64,000 nt of DNA from Octopus vulgaris (GCA_951406725.2 OX597825.1:33418001-33482000); one strand, 5' to 3'; shown: positions 1-13,378, counted from the stretch's first letter. Notes: a model not told the origin generated them from the sequence alone. Numbers and translations: made by a program.

Positions 1-172
1 ATAGGCCATGGGTTATGGTCTCACTTGGCTTGTCGAGTCTTCTAAAGCACAGCATATCTCCAAAGGTCTTGGTCACTAGTCATTGCCTTGGTGAGGCCCA
101 ATGTTCGTAGGTTGTGCTTCACTACCTCATCCCAGATCTTCCTGGGTCTACCTCTTCCACAGGTTCCCTCAA
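1..172 (-). mobile_element. RTE-clade LINE, ORF C-terminus fragment
   Basis: Minus strand reads VEGTCGRGRPRKIWDEVVKHNLRTLGLTKAMTSDQDLWRYAVL, homologous to the end of ORF 7346-7828 (TCGRGRPRKTWDEVVRTNL). Confidence 0.85.
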
Positions 173-570
173 CTACTATATATTGTTGACATCATAAGAA
201 TTTTTAAACTTTGAGAGATCATGTAATAATTTGTGTTCGGAAGAGTGGATTTCAAAATAATAGCATGTAAATATTAGGTTAAAAACCCTTTTGGATAGGA
301 AAGGGTGAGGGGAAACCTTTAACTTTTTTTTTATCTCAAAGGGCGTTTAATCCAATATTTGTATACCATCATTTATAGCTTTAACTGGCTTGAGGTCCAC
401 TGTTGCAAAATTGAAGTATTTCAATTTTCCTACATATTATTTCTTCACAAATATGCTTTTTCTTTTCTTCTCTCACTCTGTGCTTTCCATGTATTTTTGA
501 TTGAATCTCCTACTAGTTAAAATGAGATCCCTTGATGATAATGTAAACTTCATTTGAATAAGGTATCTTT

Positions 571-654
571 GGCCTGACGAGTAGCTAATGGATTACCCCT
601 CACTTGGGTAATTACTACATGTGAGGTTCTGCTACCTATGAAACATATGTAGCC
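571..654 (+). ncRNA. Type I hammerhead ribozyme motif with enlarged, pseudoknotted stem II
   Basis: GGC-CTGACGA(574-580)-GTAG...CTAT-GAAA(640-643)-CATATG-TA-GCC. Stem I GGC/GCC; palindromic stem III ACATATGT; GUA cleavage triplet 649-651. Confidence 0.7.
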
Positions 655-699
655 TGAATTTTATCTATTCCATTCCCTAATTTGGGATATCCACTACAA

Positions 700-860
700 T
701 CTTGGAATGGTTGGCTTTAGGAAAGGCATCCAGCTGTAGAAACCTTGCCAGATCAAATTGGAGACTAGTACAGCCTTCTGGTTTGCCAGTTCTCAGTCAA
801 ACTATCCAATCCATGCAAGCATGGAAAGCAGACGTTAAACAACGGCAATGATGATGCTGA
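700..860 (+). mobile_element. RTE LINE 3' tail (5'-truncated)
   Basis: ggcatccagctgtagaaac...gacgttaaac followed by (GAT)n, the same tail as at 8870-9017. Confidence 0.75.
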
Positions 861-914
861 TATATATATATATATATATTATACATATATAGAAAAGGTA
901 AGATCCAAGAATCA

Positions 915-1310
915 AAGTGTAAGAAGTTAGTGAGCTTCAAGCAGCCATATGGTTCTGGGTTCATTCTCACTGCATGGCACCTTGGGCAAGTGTCTTCTAC
1001 TATAGCCTCGGGCTGACCAAAGCCTTGTGAGTGGATCTGGTAGACAGAAACTGAAAGAAGCCTGTCGTATATCTGTATATATATATATATATGTATGTGT
1101 GTGTATATGTTTGTGTGTCTGTGTTTGTCCCCCCAACATTGCTTGACAACCGATGCTGGTGTGTTTATGTCCCTGTAACTTAGCGGTTCGGCAAAAGAGA
1201 CCGATAGAATAAGTACTAGGCTTACAAAGAATAAGTCCTGGGGTCGATTTGCTTGACTAAAGGCAGTGCTCCTGCATGGCCACAGTCAAATGACTGAAAC
1301 AAGTAAAAGA

Positions 1311-1312
<2 letters not shown>
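915..1312 (+). mobile_element. tRNA-derived SINE family A with internal microsatellite
   Basis: ggcaccttgggcaagtgtcttctactatagcc...gactgaaacaagtaaaaga, recurring many times in the window. Confidence 0.85.
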
Positions 1313-1356
<44 letters not shown>

Positions 1357-1367
1357 CTTGTTTGGAT

Positions 1368-1415
<48 letters not shown>

Positions 1416-1683
1416 AAAGTAAATAAATGGTACAACGAAACACCGATATATATAAACCCCAAAAAAGTGAAGGACAAACACAAAAAGCAACAATGCAAGG
1501 ACATAGTACATGTAGAGCAATGTTTGCATTGTTCAATTAAATGGAGTTGCATGAAACGATCGTACTACATTACCTCTGGATATCCTTGTTGTTTATTTTG
1601 ATTATAATCAGCTTTTTTAAATTATATGGATAATACCATACTAAATTCTGGTGCCTTCAACTTAAGTACCATATTCATCTGAA

Positions 1684-1734
<51 letters not shown>

Positions 1735-2152
1735 TGAGAGAGAGAGAGAAAGAAAGAGACAGACAGACAGACAAACAGACAGATAGACAGACAGACCAAT
1801 AGATATATAGATATAGTATTATAGATATTTCTTTCAATTGTAAATAGCAAGGTATGTTATTGATTTGATAAGGATTTGTTGATGAGTTGATGAATCACAT
1901 TTTTTTCAGTGTGTGCTGGGTGTATGTGTGTTTCCATGTTTGTAAGGTTGTAAATAAATGTTTTTTTGTTTATGAAAAAGGGTTTTTATGAATGTGATAT
2001 TTGAAAAAGTAATTAAGGATATATCTATTGTGGATTGCTATACCCTAATGAACAGTGTTTTTCATGGATGAGTGATTTGAGGGATTGTTTTGTGGCTAAA
2101 AGTGCATCTGAACTTTTATTCAATTTCCTTCTACTTGTTTTGAAAAAAGATA

Positions 2153-2191
<39 letters not shown>

Positions 2192-2215
2192 GTGTGTGCA
2201 TGTGTGTGTGTGTGT

Positions 2216-2253
<38 letters not shown>

Positions 2254-2749
2254 ATGTGTGTGGTAGTTGGAATTTCTTTAGAATTTTGTGTTTTTGAATG
2301 TTTACACTTATTCAAGGAAGTATCTGTGTGTATGTGTGCATGACAGTGGGTGATCAGTTGGCTTTGGTATACGTTTGTGTATATCTTGTTATTTTGCCAT
2401 AAATAAAAATAGTAGATGAATAAAAATATGGGAGAGACAGGGGAGTTTCTTTATGAGAGTTTATGAGTGTTGTTAGTTGTGAAATCAAGGATGTGTTTAT
2501 TGTTGATATATATGGTTTTAATAAATGGTGTTTTTATGGCTAGGCACAGGCATGGCAGTGTAGTAAGAAGCTTCCTTCTGCACTACATGGTTTCAAGTTC
2601 AGTCCCACCATGCGGCACCTTGGGCCCCAGGCTGATCAAAGCTTTGTGAGTGTTTTTGGTAGATGGAAACTGAAAGAAGCTTGTTGAGCACACACACACA
2701 CACATACACACACATACACATATATATATGTATGTGCCACATTCCAGGG

Positions 2750-2878
2750 AGAAAAACTAGAAGTAGTTGATATCTTCTGCTCCTAGGTGACCAAGTCAGT
2801 AGAGGGGGAGGATGTGCTGAAAGTGTAGCTGCTAGAATAAGAATAGCCTGGGCAAAATTCAGAGAGCTCTTACATCTG
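2750..2878 (+). mobile_element. RTE LINE internal fragment
   Basis: With one frameshift reads EKLEVVDIFC/LGDQVSRGGGCAESVAARIRIAWAKFRELL, a typical post-RT RTE segment. Confidence 0.75.
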
Positions 2879-2880
2879 TC

Positions 2881-2914
<34 letters not shown>

Positions 2915-2915
<1 letters not shown>

Positions 2916-3255
2916 AGACCCCCTTCGCTTCGGTCATGATTGACTGTGGGATTGCACCTAGAAAGTTATCCTCCCAGGCACAAGTCCGAGCAAGGTTGTT
3001 ATGGAAGACCAGTAGTCGCCCATGCATACCGGCCTCCGGTCTCCACGCCACCAGTGTTATCCAAGGGAAAGGCAAGGGCCGATACAACTTGGCACCCGTG
3101 ATGTCGCAACTCATTTCTACACCTGAGTGAACTGGAGCAACGTGAAATAATGTGTCTTGCTCAAGAACATAACACGCAGCCCGGTCCGGGATTTGAACTC
3201 ACAACCTCACGATCATAAGCTCAATGCTCTAACCACTGAGCCATGCACCTTCATA
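2915..3255 (-). mobile_element. tRNA-derived SINE (family C-related head)
   Basis: Minus-strand head gaaggtgcatggctcagtggttagagc...agttcaaatccc with A/B box-like motifs. Confidence 0.7.
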
Positions 3256-3586
3256 TATATATATACTAAACAAGTATGGATTGCCTTGTTTATGTATTAA
3301 TGTGTGTGTGCGTGTATATATATATATACATATATGTATGTGTATGTGTGTGTTTTCTTCCTAAGTTATTATATTGGTTATTAAGTATGCATTCATTGTG
3401 GTGATAGGTTAATTAATTATATATCATTTATATTTAGATACAAAAATATCCTTAATACTTTTGCGATCATGTATGCTCATGTTACTATGTTTATACTCAT
3501 GGATGTGTGTGTATGCAGATATTTATCTATTTAGGTATTAGTATAGATACATACATACATACATACATGCATACATGCATACATAC

Positions 3587-3627
<41 letters not shown>

Positions 3628-3654
3628 CATACTTATGTGTGTGTGAGTGTGTAC

Positions 3655-6600
3655 ATATTTCATTCTAAAGTTACTTCATTAGATCTTAAGCAGATACGCA
3701 TATAATTGAAAGATTATCAAAGTAATTATTTTAGTGATTATATTTATTACTAGTTATTATATTATAGGATTATATATTTATACATTTAGACATATGTATT
3801 CATATTTGGGCTTGCTCTATACATTTATGATTATTATGTGAATTTATCTGGTGTATTACATCATCAAAATTGACTTCATTGATAGATATTTAGTATTTTT
3901 ATCTAAATTAAAATGTACAATCTTATACAGTTAATTAATAGGGATCAATACTCAGTTTTATTATTACCATTACTATTAAACTGATTTTTACGTATTGTAT
4001 ATTCTAGGCTTATATGCCCTGGAAAATCTGACATAGGTATATTAAGTAAGAATATCTTGAATAAACATATATCTATACTTAAGAAAAAGATTAAACTTAA
4101 ACTTTGGGTAAACACCCAAGAAGCACTAGGCTGGTTCAACAGTATAGTTGTTAATAAATATAAATTTAAATTCTTACTGGTCGATAGTGACAACTATTAC
4201 TCTTCCATTAACCCTATAATTCTGAATAAGACACTTTTGCTAAAAGACACTGACTTAAACATGATAGAAATTTATGTTATTTTAAATGCCAGAAAATAAG
4301 TGATTAAGTTTGATAATAAATATTGGGTTAGAGAGGGCTCATATAATTCATTTGACATCACCATGTGGTCTGCAGACTCAGTCCAAGTAATGGACATAGT
4401 GGATATATACATTCTACATGAATTTAATTATAAATTCCCTGAAATAACAGGTGGACTATATAGAGATGATGCACTGTTTCTAGTTTTAAATCCATCAAAT
4501 AGAAAATTGAAACTATATAAGAAAAAATTATACAAATTTTTTAAAATTATGGTCTCTCAATCTCTATTGAAAAAGAAAATAACTTGGTTAATTTTTTAGA
4601 CATTAACTTTAATCTTGTAGCTGGTAAATATGAACCATACCACAAGCACAATACAAATCTAAAATATATTAATAATCTGAGTAATCATCCAAATTCAACA
4701 AAATACACATTAATTAAAAACATAGAAAAGAAACTTATCGTTCATATGATGAAAAATCTTCTACAAAAATGCTAACTTCTATAATGAAGCACTTAAAAAG
4801 GTAGGATATAAGCACAAAATAAAATAGACCTAGTAAATGCATACTTAATGTAAATAGGGAAAATAAAATAATTATAGATAGCCCAAATATAATACATAAT
4901 AGAAAAACTAAAGCTATAAATGATAATAAAATAAATGAAGTATAGATAGGAAAATAAACCCCAGGATTAATGGCCAAGGTTCTAAAAATAGGAAAAACAA
5001 TAGCATAACTGTAGAAATAAATACTAAAACTAATTATAAACCCATGAAACCTGATACTAAATATGTTAATAAGAAAGGAAAAAATATAAAATCCAGTAAA
5101 TTGGAAATGAATAGTATTGATAAGGATATACTTGAAAAGTCTTATAAAAATAAACATAATATAAATAATAAAATAAGATATACTTCTTGCATAAATTCTG
5201 AGAAGAATAATATAGACTATGAGTGTCCTAATAAAGCAAACACTTTGCAGTTCATCATCCCCTTTGCAAGTCAATTTAAAAATAACATAGTCAAATCCAT
5301 TTACCAATCAATACAGAAACATTTAAATAAAGATAAGTATAGTGATATTATTAATTTTAAATCTATAAGAGTTGGTCATTCCCAATCAAAGAATCTTTTT
5401 GCAATTATATCCTCAATTAACAATAGAAAACTGGATACTTTTTATAACAACTGTAACCTTAATGAAAATGGTGGTAGGGTAAATGACAATAATAGAAGAC
5501 ATATAGCTGATATTAACTCCCTTCCTAACCCTAATAATAAAAATAATAAAAACGAAAACAACTCTATTAACAATAATGTTAATATGAATTGTGATTGTAG
5601 GATTAAAAAAAATTGTAAACAAGATAACTTAGTATATAGGTGCATAGTTGAATCTGAAGGGAAGGAATACCATTAAATAGGTTCGACTGAAACTAGATTT
5701 AAATGAAGAATTGCAAACCACAAACATTGTTTTAGAAATAGACATAAAATTAATAATACTAGTCTCAGCAAATTTATATGGATGTTAAAGGATAATGGTA
5801 AAGATTATATGATTAAATGGAAAATTTTGTAAGCCATGGTTTTCATATTTTAGATAGAAAATGCCAGTTATACACTGGAGAGATTTTTCAAATAATAAAA
5901 TCTAAGCACAAAGTATTGAATTCTCCGAGAGAAAATATTTCAGCTTGTTATCACTACTCAAAATACGTCTTTAGAAAATTTAATTAATTAGGAGATTAAC
6001 ATTGAACTGAAAATTGTTAGTGTAGACATATTACCACTACTCTGATATGTCATTAGAAATGAAAATTATGAGTATAAATAGGATATAAAATAAGCAGTAA
6101 TAATGTAAGCATATAACATCTAAACATAAATTATTGGCTTGGAGAAGATAGAAAATAAATAAATTTATTAAATAGTCTATAAATGTAATCAAACATTAAA
6201 CTATTCTAATTTGTTACAATTAACCTAGATATATTCTAGAATATCAAATAGATTTATTAAACAGATAACAAATTAAATCTAACATTAAAAACACTGAAAT
6301 ACTCTAGTAACTATGGTTTAATTAAAAAATAAAACATAAATTAGAATAATTGGAAATAACAAATGTAAATCACATATACAATATTATACCATATTATATA
6401 ATGATTGAATTTCATTTCAGTAATAATAGAGAACATGAACCTTTACTATCTATCAGATAATATAATTACTTTTAATCTAAGCATGGATATTAACCATACA
6501 AGGATATTAGCATAAATAAAATAAAAATAATATGTACCACATTACAGTATGTAATATTTAAATATATACTTAATAATAGTAATAACAATATTGAGCATTG

Positions 6601-7126
6601 ATATTCACTAATTAACCAAATAATATAATACATTTTAATTTTAATACAAATTTTATGAAGATATAAATTAAAATTTAAGTATAATTAGTGTAACTGTGTA
6701 TAACTGTACTTACAAACATAACATAATATAGTCATAAATAACGTACACCATGTTATGCTAGATTATACAATATTTAAAAATCAGTTTAATAGTGATGGTA
6801 GTAGTAAAACAGAGTATTGATCCCCATTAATTAACTGTATAACAATACATTTTAATTCAGATGAAAATACTATATAGCTATTAATGAAATCAATTTTGAT
6901 GATGTAATACACCAAATAAATCCTCATAGTAATCAAAGATGTATAGAGTAAGCCCAAATATGAATACTAAGTACACCATCCCAACATATATCTAAATGTA
7001 TAAATATATAATCCTATAATATAATAACTAGTAATAAACATAATCATTAACATAATTACTTTGATAATCTTTCAATAATATGTATATTTGCTTAAGGTCT
7101 AATGAAAGAACTTTAGAACGAAATAT
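3655..7126 (+). mobile_element. Decayed Penelope-like retroelement with inverted terminal repeats
   Basis: RT (GLYRDD; NFLDINFNL...YEPYHK) and GIY-YIG region, flanked by inverted repeats 3655-4007 / 6758-7126 (~90% identical by eye). Confidence 0.9.
4010..5985 (+). pseudogene. Penelope RT / GIY-YIG endonuclease, frameshifted with stops
   Basis: ORF pieces 4057-4299, 4300-4599 (SFDITM...GGLYRDD), 4584-4775 and 5044-5676 (CDCRIKKNC...LVYRC), then *IGSTETRFK and SLSKFIWMLKD...IKWKIL. Confidence 0.88.
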
Positions 7127-7329
7127 CTATATAAGCATGCATGCACACACACAAACACACACATGTATGTGTTTATATATATATGTATATGTATGTATGT
7201 GGATTTATGTATTAGGTGTTGCCTTGATAAACACCCTGTCAGCGCAGAAATATGTGTAGCATTGATTAATAATACTTTTTTCCCCACAGACTAATAACAG
7301 GTATGTTATGTTTTTTCAAATATTTTTTC

Positions 7330-9017
7330 AAATGGAGGAAATTCAGTGAGCTATTACCTCTGTTGGCAACAAAAGGACTCTCTCAGAGTGAAAGGTAGAC
7401 TATATGATGCTTGTGTACAAATGGATATACTCCATGGTAGTGAGACATGGGCTCTGAATGTAGAAGATATGCGTAGACTGGAGAGAAATGAATGTAGTAT
7501 GCTCTGTTGGATGTGCAACATCAGTACACATGTACGGCAAAGTGAAAATGTATTGAGAGAAAAGTTGGGCATAAGAGGAATCAGATGTAGCATGCAAGAG
7601 AGAAGACTATGCTGGTTTGGACATGTGATGGATATGAATGAGGACAGCTGCATAAAGAAGTGCCGACCACTGAAAGTAGATGGTACCTGTGGAAGAGGGA
7701 GACCCAGGAAGACATGGGATGAAGTGGTAAGGACCAATCTCAGGAAGCTGGGCTTCACAGAGGAAATGACAATGGACCAAGATGTATGGCAATATGAAGT
7801 TCTTGAGAAAACCCACCCATGTCAGTGAAACTGAGTTCTAGAAGTGCTGTGTGTCCCACCTACACTTAACAAGAAAACTTCTCACACACTCAACCACAAC
7901 AAACCAAATTACATCTCTACATCTCTTCTCTTCCTCACATTTCTGCTTCATGTACTTTGCTTACCTCTTACTCCCTTGACCTCTTGGCCCTGTGCCACTG
8001 CATCATTGTTCTCCACTTGCTCCCAGCCTGTGTGTTCTACTCATATACCCTGTCTCACTCTACTATGTATCTGCTAGCCCCTGGTCTGTGTGTTTCACCC
8101 ACATGTAACTCCTTCATACACTATGACTAGCTCTCACTCCCCAATCCTGTCCTCACACCCCTGTTCCTCTGTACCATTGCTATCTGGTAGTCCCCCAACT
8201 CTATACATACCCAAGTCTTTCGCCACTTACTAGCACTCTTTAATTTCACTCCCTTTGCATCCTGCCACTTATATCATTGCATTTAAACCTCAAGGGTATG
8301 CCCTGGCACTTGCCACATCTATATCTTTCTCTTCCTTTACTCAACCATCCCATTTATATTCTGATCCCTATTCTTTGTGAATATGACTAGAATTTTGCCA
8401 CCATCTCTGTCCTACTGTCTCTCACTCTCTCTCCTTTTCTTGCACTTCTCCCAGGCTGGGTAACCATGTATTTCCTTTGTGGTAGCACACCACTTTCTGT
8501 CTTCATTCCTGATCTTTCTCTCTCTGGCCAGGTAATCTTGTACTTCCTTTACAGCAAGACACCTGTATGTGTCTCACTATAACCTCTTCATCATTCAGCA
8601 CAAGATCACATTCTCCAAGGCCTCCTCCCCTCTTGAAACTTTTATTTTGTTGTTGTTGTCTTGCAAGTACTTGGTGATCCTGCCAGTGCTTGTGTCACTG
8701 AAAAGCACCCAGCCCACACTGTAAAGTGGTTAGTGTTTGGAAGGGCATTCAGTTGTAAAAACTTTGCCAAAACTGACCTCACCTGTGCTTGTTCCACATA
8801 AAAAGCACAACTCACCTCGTCTGTGCTTGTGCCCTGATAAAATCACTCTGTCAAATCTGCTAAGTAGTTGGCATTAGGAAGGGCATCCAGCTGTAAAATT
8901 CCTGCCAAAACAGTCACACAAGTCTGGTGCAGGCTTCAGCCTGGCGAGCTCTTGTGAAATCGTCCTGCCCATACTAGCATGGAAGGTGGACATTAAACGA
9001 TGATGATGCTGATGATG
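7330..9017 (+). mobile_element. 5'-truncated RTE LINE: ORF C-terminus, long pyrimidine-rich 3'UTR and (GAT)n tail
   Basis: ORF 7346-7828 (LHGSETWAL...RRLCWFGHVM...GRGRPRKTW), ending in ggacattaaacgatgatgatg. Confidence 0.9.
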
Positions 9018-9402
9018 ACACACACAATAATGCATAAACAACAGCATCCATACTTGTTACATATAAACACACATGTATACACACATGTACATAGATTTAT
9101 TTCAGTTTCTTTCACTTTTGTACATTCTATTTTATTTTATTTTATTTCTTCTATATTTACTTTATATTCTATTTTTACTTTTTATTTTTATATTCATTTT
9201 ATTTTTTTTATATCCCTTATATTTCATTTTTATTTTATCTTTACTTTATTTCTGCTCATATATATATATATATATATCAAGCTATATACCTAAAGAAGTA
9301 AATTGGAAAGGAGCATATATACCAGAACAAGTGCATATTGATAAACATATTGACATACGTACTTGTTGCGTGTGTGAGTGTGTATGTGTGTGCGTGTGTA
9401 TA

Positions 9403-9516
<114 letters not shown>

Positions 9517-9674
9517 TTGTATGCATGTATGTGGGCACATATACATGCACACATGTACAAACATAGGCGTAAATTTTGTTTCACTTTTATGTTATTTCAC
9601 TCCATGAACAGGAATATTATTTTCCTTTACTTTCTTTTATTCATTATATTAATTTACTCATATATAATATAACC

Positions 9675-10154
9675 CAGGGGTGGGGAAACTTTTTTAGTGC
9701 AGCAGGCAAAAATTTCCAAAGCAAAAGGTCCGTGGGCGGATCACAAGTTCTAACTCTTATATCTGAGTAAATCTTGTATATATCTATGTATAACTCGAGA
9801 TACATTAATAAAGATAAGTTTAAGACATCAAATTAACATGTAATATCTCTGTTAATGCCACCACTGAATTTAGGACATTTATATTACCTATGAGGTTTTC
9901 TATATCTTTCAGCTAGAGTGTAGTTGGATCTCAAGGTGGTGGTACAAACCTAGTAACATATTTTTTTGGGTGAAAACAAAATTTCCATTCAAATGGCAAT
10001 TAACAGAAGATTTTCTGTTCAAGTCTAATCGTTTTACATTCTATAATTGAAAAATCTAATATATTTTGTACATATAAGTATACTAACCTGCAGGCGCAAT
10101 AAAATGGGCTTGTAGGCGCAATTACATCAGCAGGCAAGGGTTTCCCCACCCTTG
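9675..10154. mobile_element. hAT-family MITE
   Basis: TIR CAGGGGTGGGGAAAC / GTTTCCCCACCCTTG; perfect 8-bp TSD ATATAACC (9667-9674, 10155-10162). Confidence 0.9.
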
Positions 10155-10185
10155 ATATAACCCATCATTCATCATTATTACTGTT

Positions 10186-10490
10186 GTGGAGGCACATGGT
10201 CTAGTGTTTAGAGCAGCAGACTTGCGGTCGAGGGATCGCGGGTTCGAATCTCAGACCGGGTGATGTGTGTGTTTATGAGCGAAACACCTAAGCTCCACGC
10301 GGCTCCGGCAGAAGGTAATGGTGAACTTCTGCTGACTCTTTTGCCACAACTTTCTCTCACTCTTTCCTCCTACATCTTGCAGCTCACCTGCTACGGACCG
10401 ATGTCCCATCCAGGTGGGGAACCTATACGCCAAGGAAACCGGGAAACCAGCCCATATGAACCAGGCCTGGCTCGACAAGTAACAAACAAA
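10186..10490 (+). mobile_element. tRNA-derived SINE family C
   Basis: gtggaggcacatggtctagtg...ggttcgaatc head; homologous to 34545-34857 and 52108-52412. Confidence 0.8.
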
Positions 10491-10675
10491 TTATTACTAT
10501 TACTATTTTTGAATTGAAATGAGAGGAATAATTTTAATGTATGCATACACACATACACACACACATATGCATACACACATTGTAAACATGTTTGATCATT
10601 CTGTATATTCTGAAAGCAGCCTAATGTAATCCTTATTGTCCTCTAAAACATTGATGATTTTCCTTACAAGGTATG

Positions 10676-11516
10676 TAGGAGTTGTTGTGTGGTACATTGC
10701 TTGCTTACAAGCCACATGGTTCCAGGTTCGGTCCCACTGTGTGGCACCTTGGGCAAGTGCCTTCTACTATAGCCTCGGGCTGACCAAAGCCTTGTGAGTG
10801 AATTTGGTAGACGGAAACTGAAAGAAACCCGTCATATATATCATCATCATCATCATCATCGTTTAACGTCCATTTTCCGCGCTAGCACGGGTTGGACGGT
10901 TCGACCGGGGTCTGGGAAGCCAGGGGCTGCTCCAGGCTCCAGTCCGATCTGGCAGAGTTTCTATGGCTGGATGCCCTTCCTAACGCCAACCACTCCGCGA
11001 GTGTAGTGGGTGCTTTTTACGTGCCACCTGCACAGGTGCCAGGGGGGGTCCGGCATCGGTCACGGTCGGTTGGAGCTTTTAACGTGCCAGCGGCACGGAA
11101 GCCAGCCAAGGCGACACTGGCAATGTTCGGATGGTCTTTTTATGTGCCACCGGCACAGGAGCCAGTCGGGGCGGCGCTGGCATTGGCCACGTTCGGATGG
11201 TGCTTTTTATGTGCCACCGGCACGGAAGCCAGTCGGGGCGGCGCTGGCATCGGCCATGTTCGGATAGTGCTTTTTATGTGCCACCGGCACAAGCATCACA
11301 ACTACTGTGTATATGTTTGCGTGTCTGTGTTTGTCCCCCCAACATCGCTTGTCAACCGATGCTGATGTGTTTACGTTTAGCAGTTAGGTAAAAGGAGCCC
11401 GATAGAATAAGTACTAGGCTTACAATGAATAAGTCCTGGGGTCGATTTGCTCGACTAAAGGTGGTGCTCCAGCATGGCCACAGTCAAATGACTGAAACAA
11501 GTAAAAAGTAAAAGAG
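10676..11516 (+). mobile_element. SINE family A with a nested minus-strand RTE 3' end (10841-11305)
   Basis: SINE 5' half ends at a (TA)n; the catcatcgtttaacgtcc element follows; the SINE 3' half resumes near 11306. Confidence 0.85.
11010..11292. repeat. GC-rich ~60-bp minisatellite (4-5 units) in an RTE 3'UTR
   Basis: Repeated ttttatgtgccaccggcac(a/g)ggagccagtcggggcggcgctggcat...gttcggatggtgc. Confidence 0.9.
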
Positions 11517-11985
11517 TATATATGTTTTGTAATTTTAATCTTATTTAAGAAATGAAACAATTGTTGGTTAATATGTTGATTGATTGATAAATTAATTTGA
11601 ATCCATTAGATCTCTGTTTTCTAATTTAATAAAAATGTTTGATATCCCTTAAAAATTGAATATATTAAACCAGTGTATCTTGGATAAATATCCCTATAAG
11701 AAGTTTGAATATCCTCATTGTGACAAACAACATATAAATATATATTATATATACATGCGTATATATGTGAACGTATATATGTATATATAACTGTGTCTGC
11801 ATGTGTGTGTGAGTGTGTGTGTATGTGTATGTGTGTGGGCAGAAGAAAAATTGCTGATATTTTGATACATCAATACATTCATTTCAGTAACCAATAATCA
11901 ATAACTAAATTGAGCTAAAAAATTCTATGGTAGTTTGTCACGTATTCAACTGCATTATATATGCAGCTGACTACACACACACATG

Positions 11986-12019
<34 letters not shown>

Positions 12020-12132
12020 TCTCATGCCAACAAAACAAAACAAACATCAGAATAAATCTCAGCAAATAATTTTATTCAAGTTTCAGCATGAAACCTAAAG
12101 ACAGCAGCCATTTTTAACCTGTATATTATAAT

Positions 12133-12346
12133 CGTTTGTACTATAGGCACAAGGCCTGGGTTTTGTGGGCAGGGGGACAGTTGATCACATCGACCCAGTA
12201 CTCAACTGGTACTTGATTTATCGACCCCGAAAGGAAGAAAGGCAAAGTTGACCTTGGTGGAATTTGATCTCAGATTGTAGTGGCTGACGAAATAGCGCTA
12301 AGCATTTTGCCTGGCGTGCTAACAATTCTGCCACCTCACCACCTTA
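12133..12346 (-). mobile_element. SINE family B with 17-bp TSD
   Basis: TSD AACCTGTATATTATAAT at 12116-12132 and 12347-12363; body homologous to 55548-55778. Confidence 0.85.
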
Positions 12347-12435
12347 AACCTGTATATTATAATAAATATACTTGCTCTACATAACATGTCATGCAATTTC
12401 TACTTTGTTCATGAAACCTATTGCAAATAGTTATA

Positions 12436-12474
<39 letters not shown>

Positions 12475-12783
12475 TGTACACACACATATACACATGTACA
12501 TAATTCATATAAACACATATTTAACAACAAAACAACAGCAATCCTTTCTACTGCATGCATAAAGTCAGAAATTTTACGAGATGGGGCTAGTCGATGTTGC
12601 CTAGTGCTGAACCAGTACTTATTTCTTTAACCTTGAAAGAATGAAAGTCAAACTTGACATCAACAGATTTTGAACTCAGAGTATGAAGACTAATAAACCC
12701 ACAGCACCCACAAAGTGTAAAGCTGATGATTTTGTCATCTTTAGAGACATGAAGTATGAATGTCAATAATAATAATAATAATA

Positions 12784-12819
<36 letters not shown>

Positions 12820-13292
12820 GAGTGAGAGAGCAGTGCATGCCATCAAAGTGACACTGGGGTAAAATATACGAAGCCCAGTATACCCATCATGACTACCTGT
12901 CTGATAAGGGTACACCAGGTACATGCATCACAACCATGTGTGCACGACATGGTGATCTCATATCAAAATAAACAGCACATGACCTTGTAGGTGGGGCCCA
13001 GTTAGAATTTTCTTCTGGTCAAGTAACCCATCCCACTCAAAAGGTCCCTGAATAAGGATTGTTTAAGGATGTTGAACGAAACACCCATGTTTCCAAAGGT
13101 GAATTATCCAAACCTCCAAGAATTCCTTTCAACACACGGCTATAATACTCCCCTACTACTTCTACTCCTGATCAGAGATGCACATATTGTCAGCCAGTAA
13201 GGGACATGCTCAACTGGTTAAGGTCAAACAACTGACAAGCAAATCTGTGGTATTGAGCAGAATATTTGCTGTATCCTATCTTTTATACCAAG
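12820..13292 (+). repeat. Interspersed repeat embedded in (ATT)n
   Basis: Its 5' ~320 bp recur in inverted orientation at 16490-16809; both copies are flanked by (AAT)n/(ATT)n. Confidence 0.8.
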
Positions 13293-13324
13293 TTATTATT
13301 ATTATTATTATCATTAGTAATATC

Positions 13325-13378
<54 letters not shown>

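Noticed and set aside
1540-1572. Hammerhead half motif GAAACGATCGTA
   Set aside because: No upstream CUGANGA found; at most a truncated relic.
3655-7126. RIP-like hypermutation explaining the extreme AT richness of the Penelope copy
   Set aside because: Manual arm comparison gave about 23 transitions to 11 transversions in both directions, an ordinary ratio.
10186-10262. tRNA genes at SINE heads (also 34545, 43445, 52108)
   Set aside because: They continue into SINE bodies, some with TSDs, and lack a complete acceptor stem.
11010-11292. CRISPR-like array
   Set aside because: Units are tandem with no unique spacers, the context is eukaryotic and there are no cas genes; it is a LINE UTR minisatellite.
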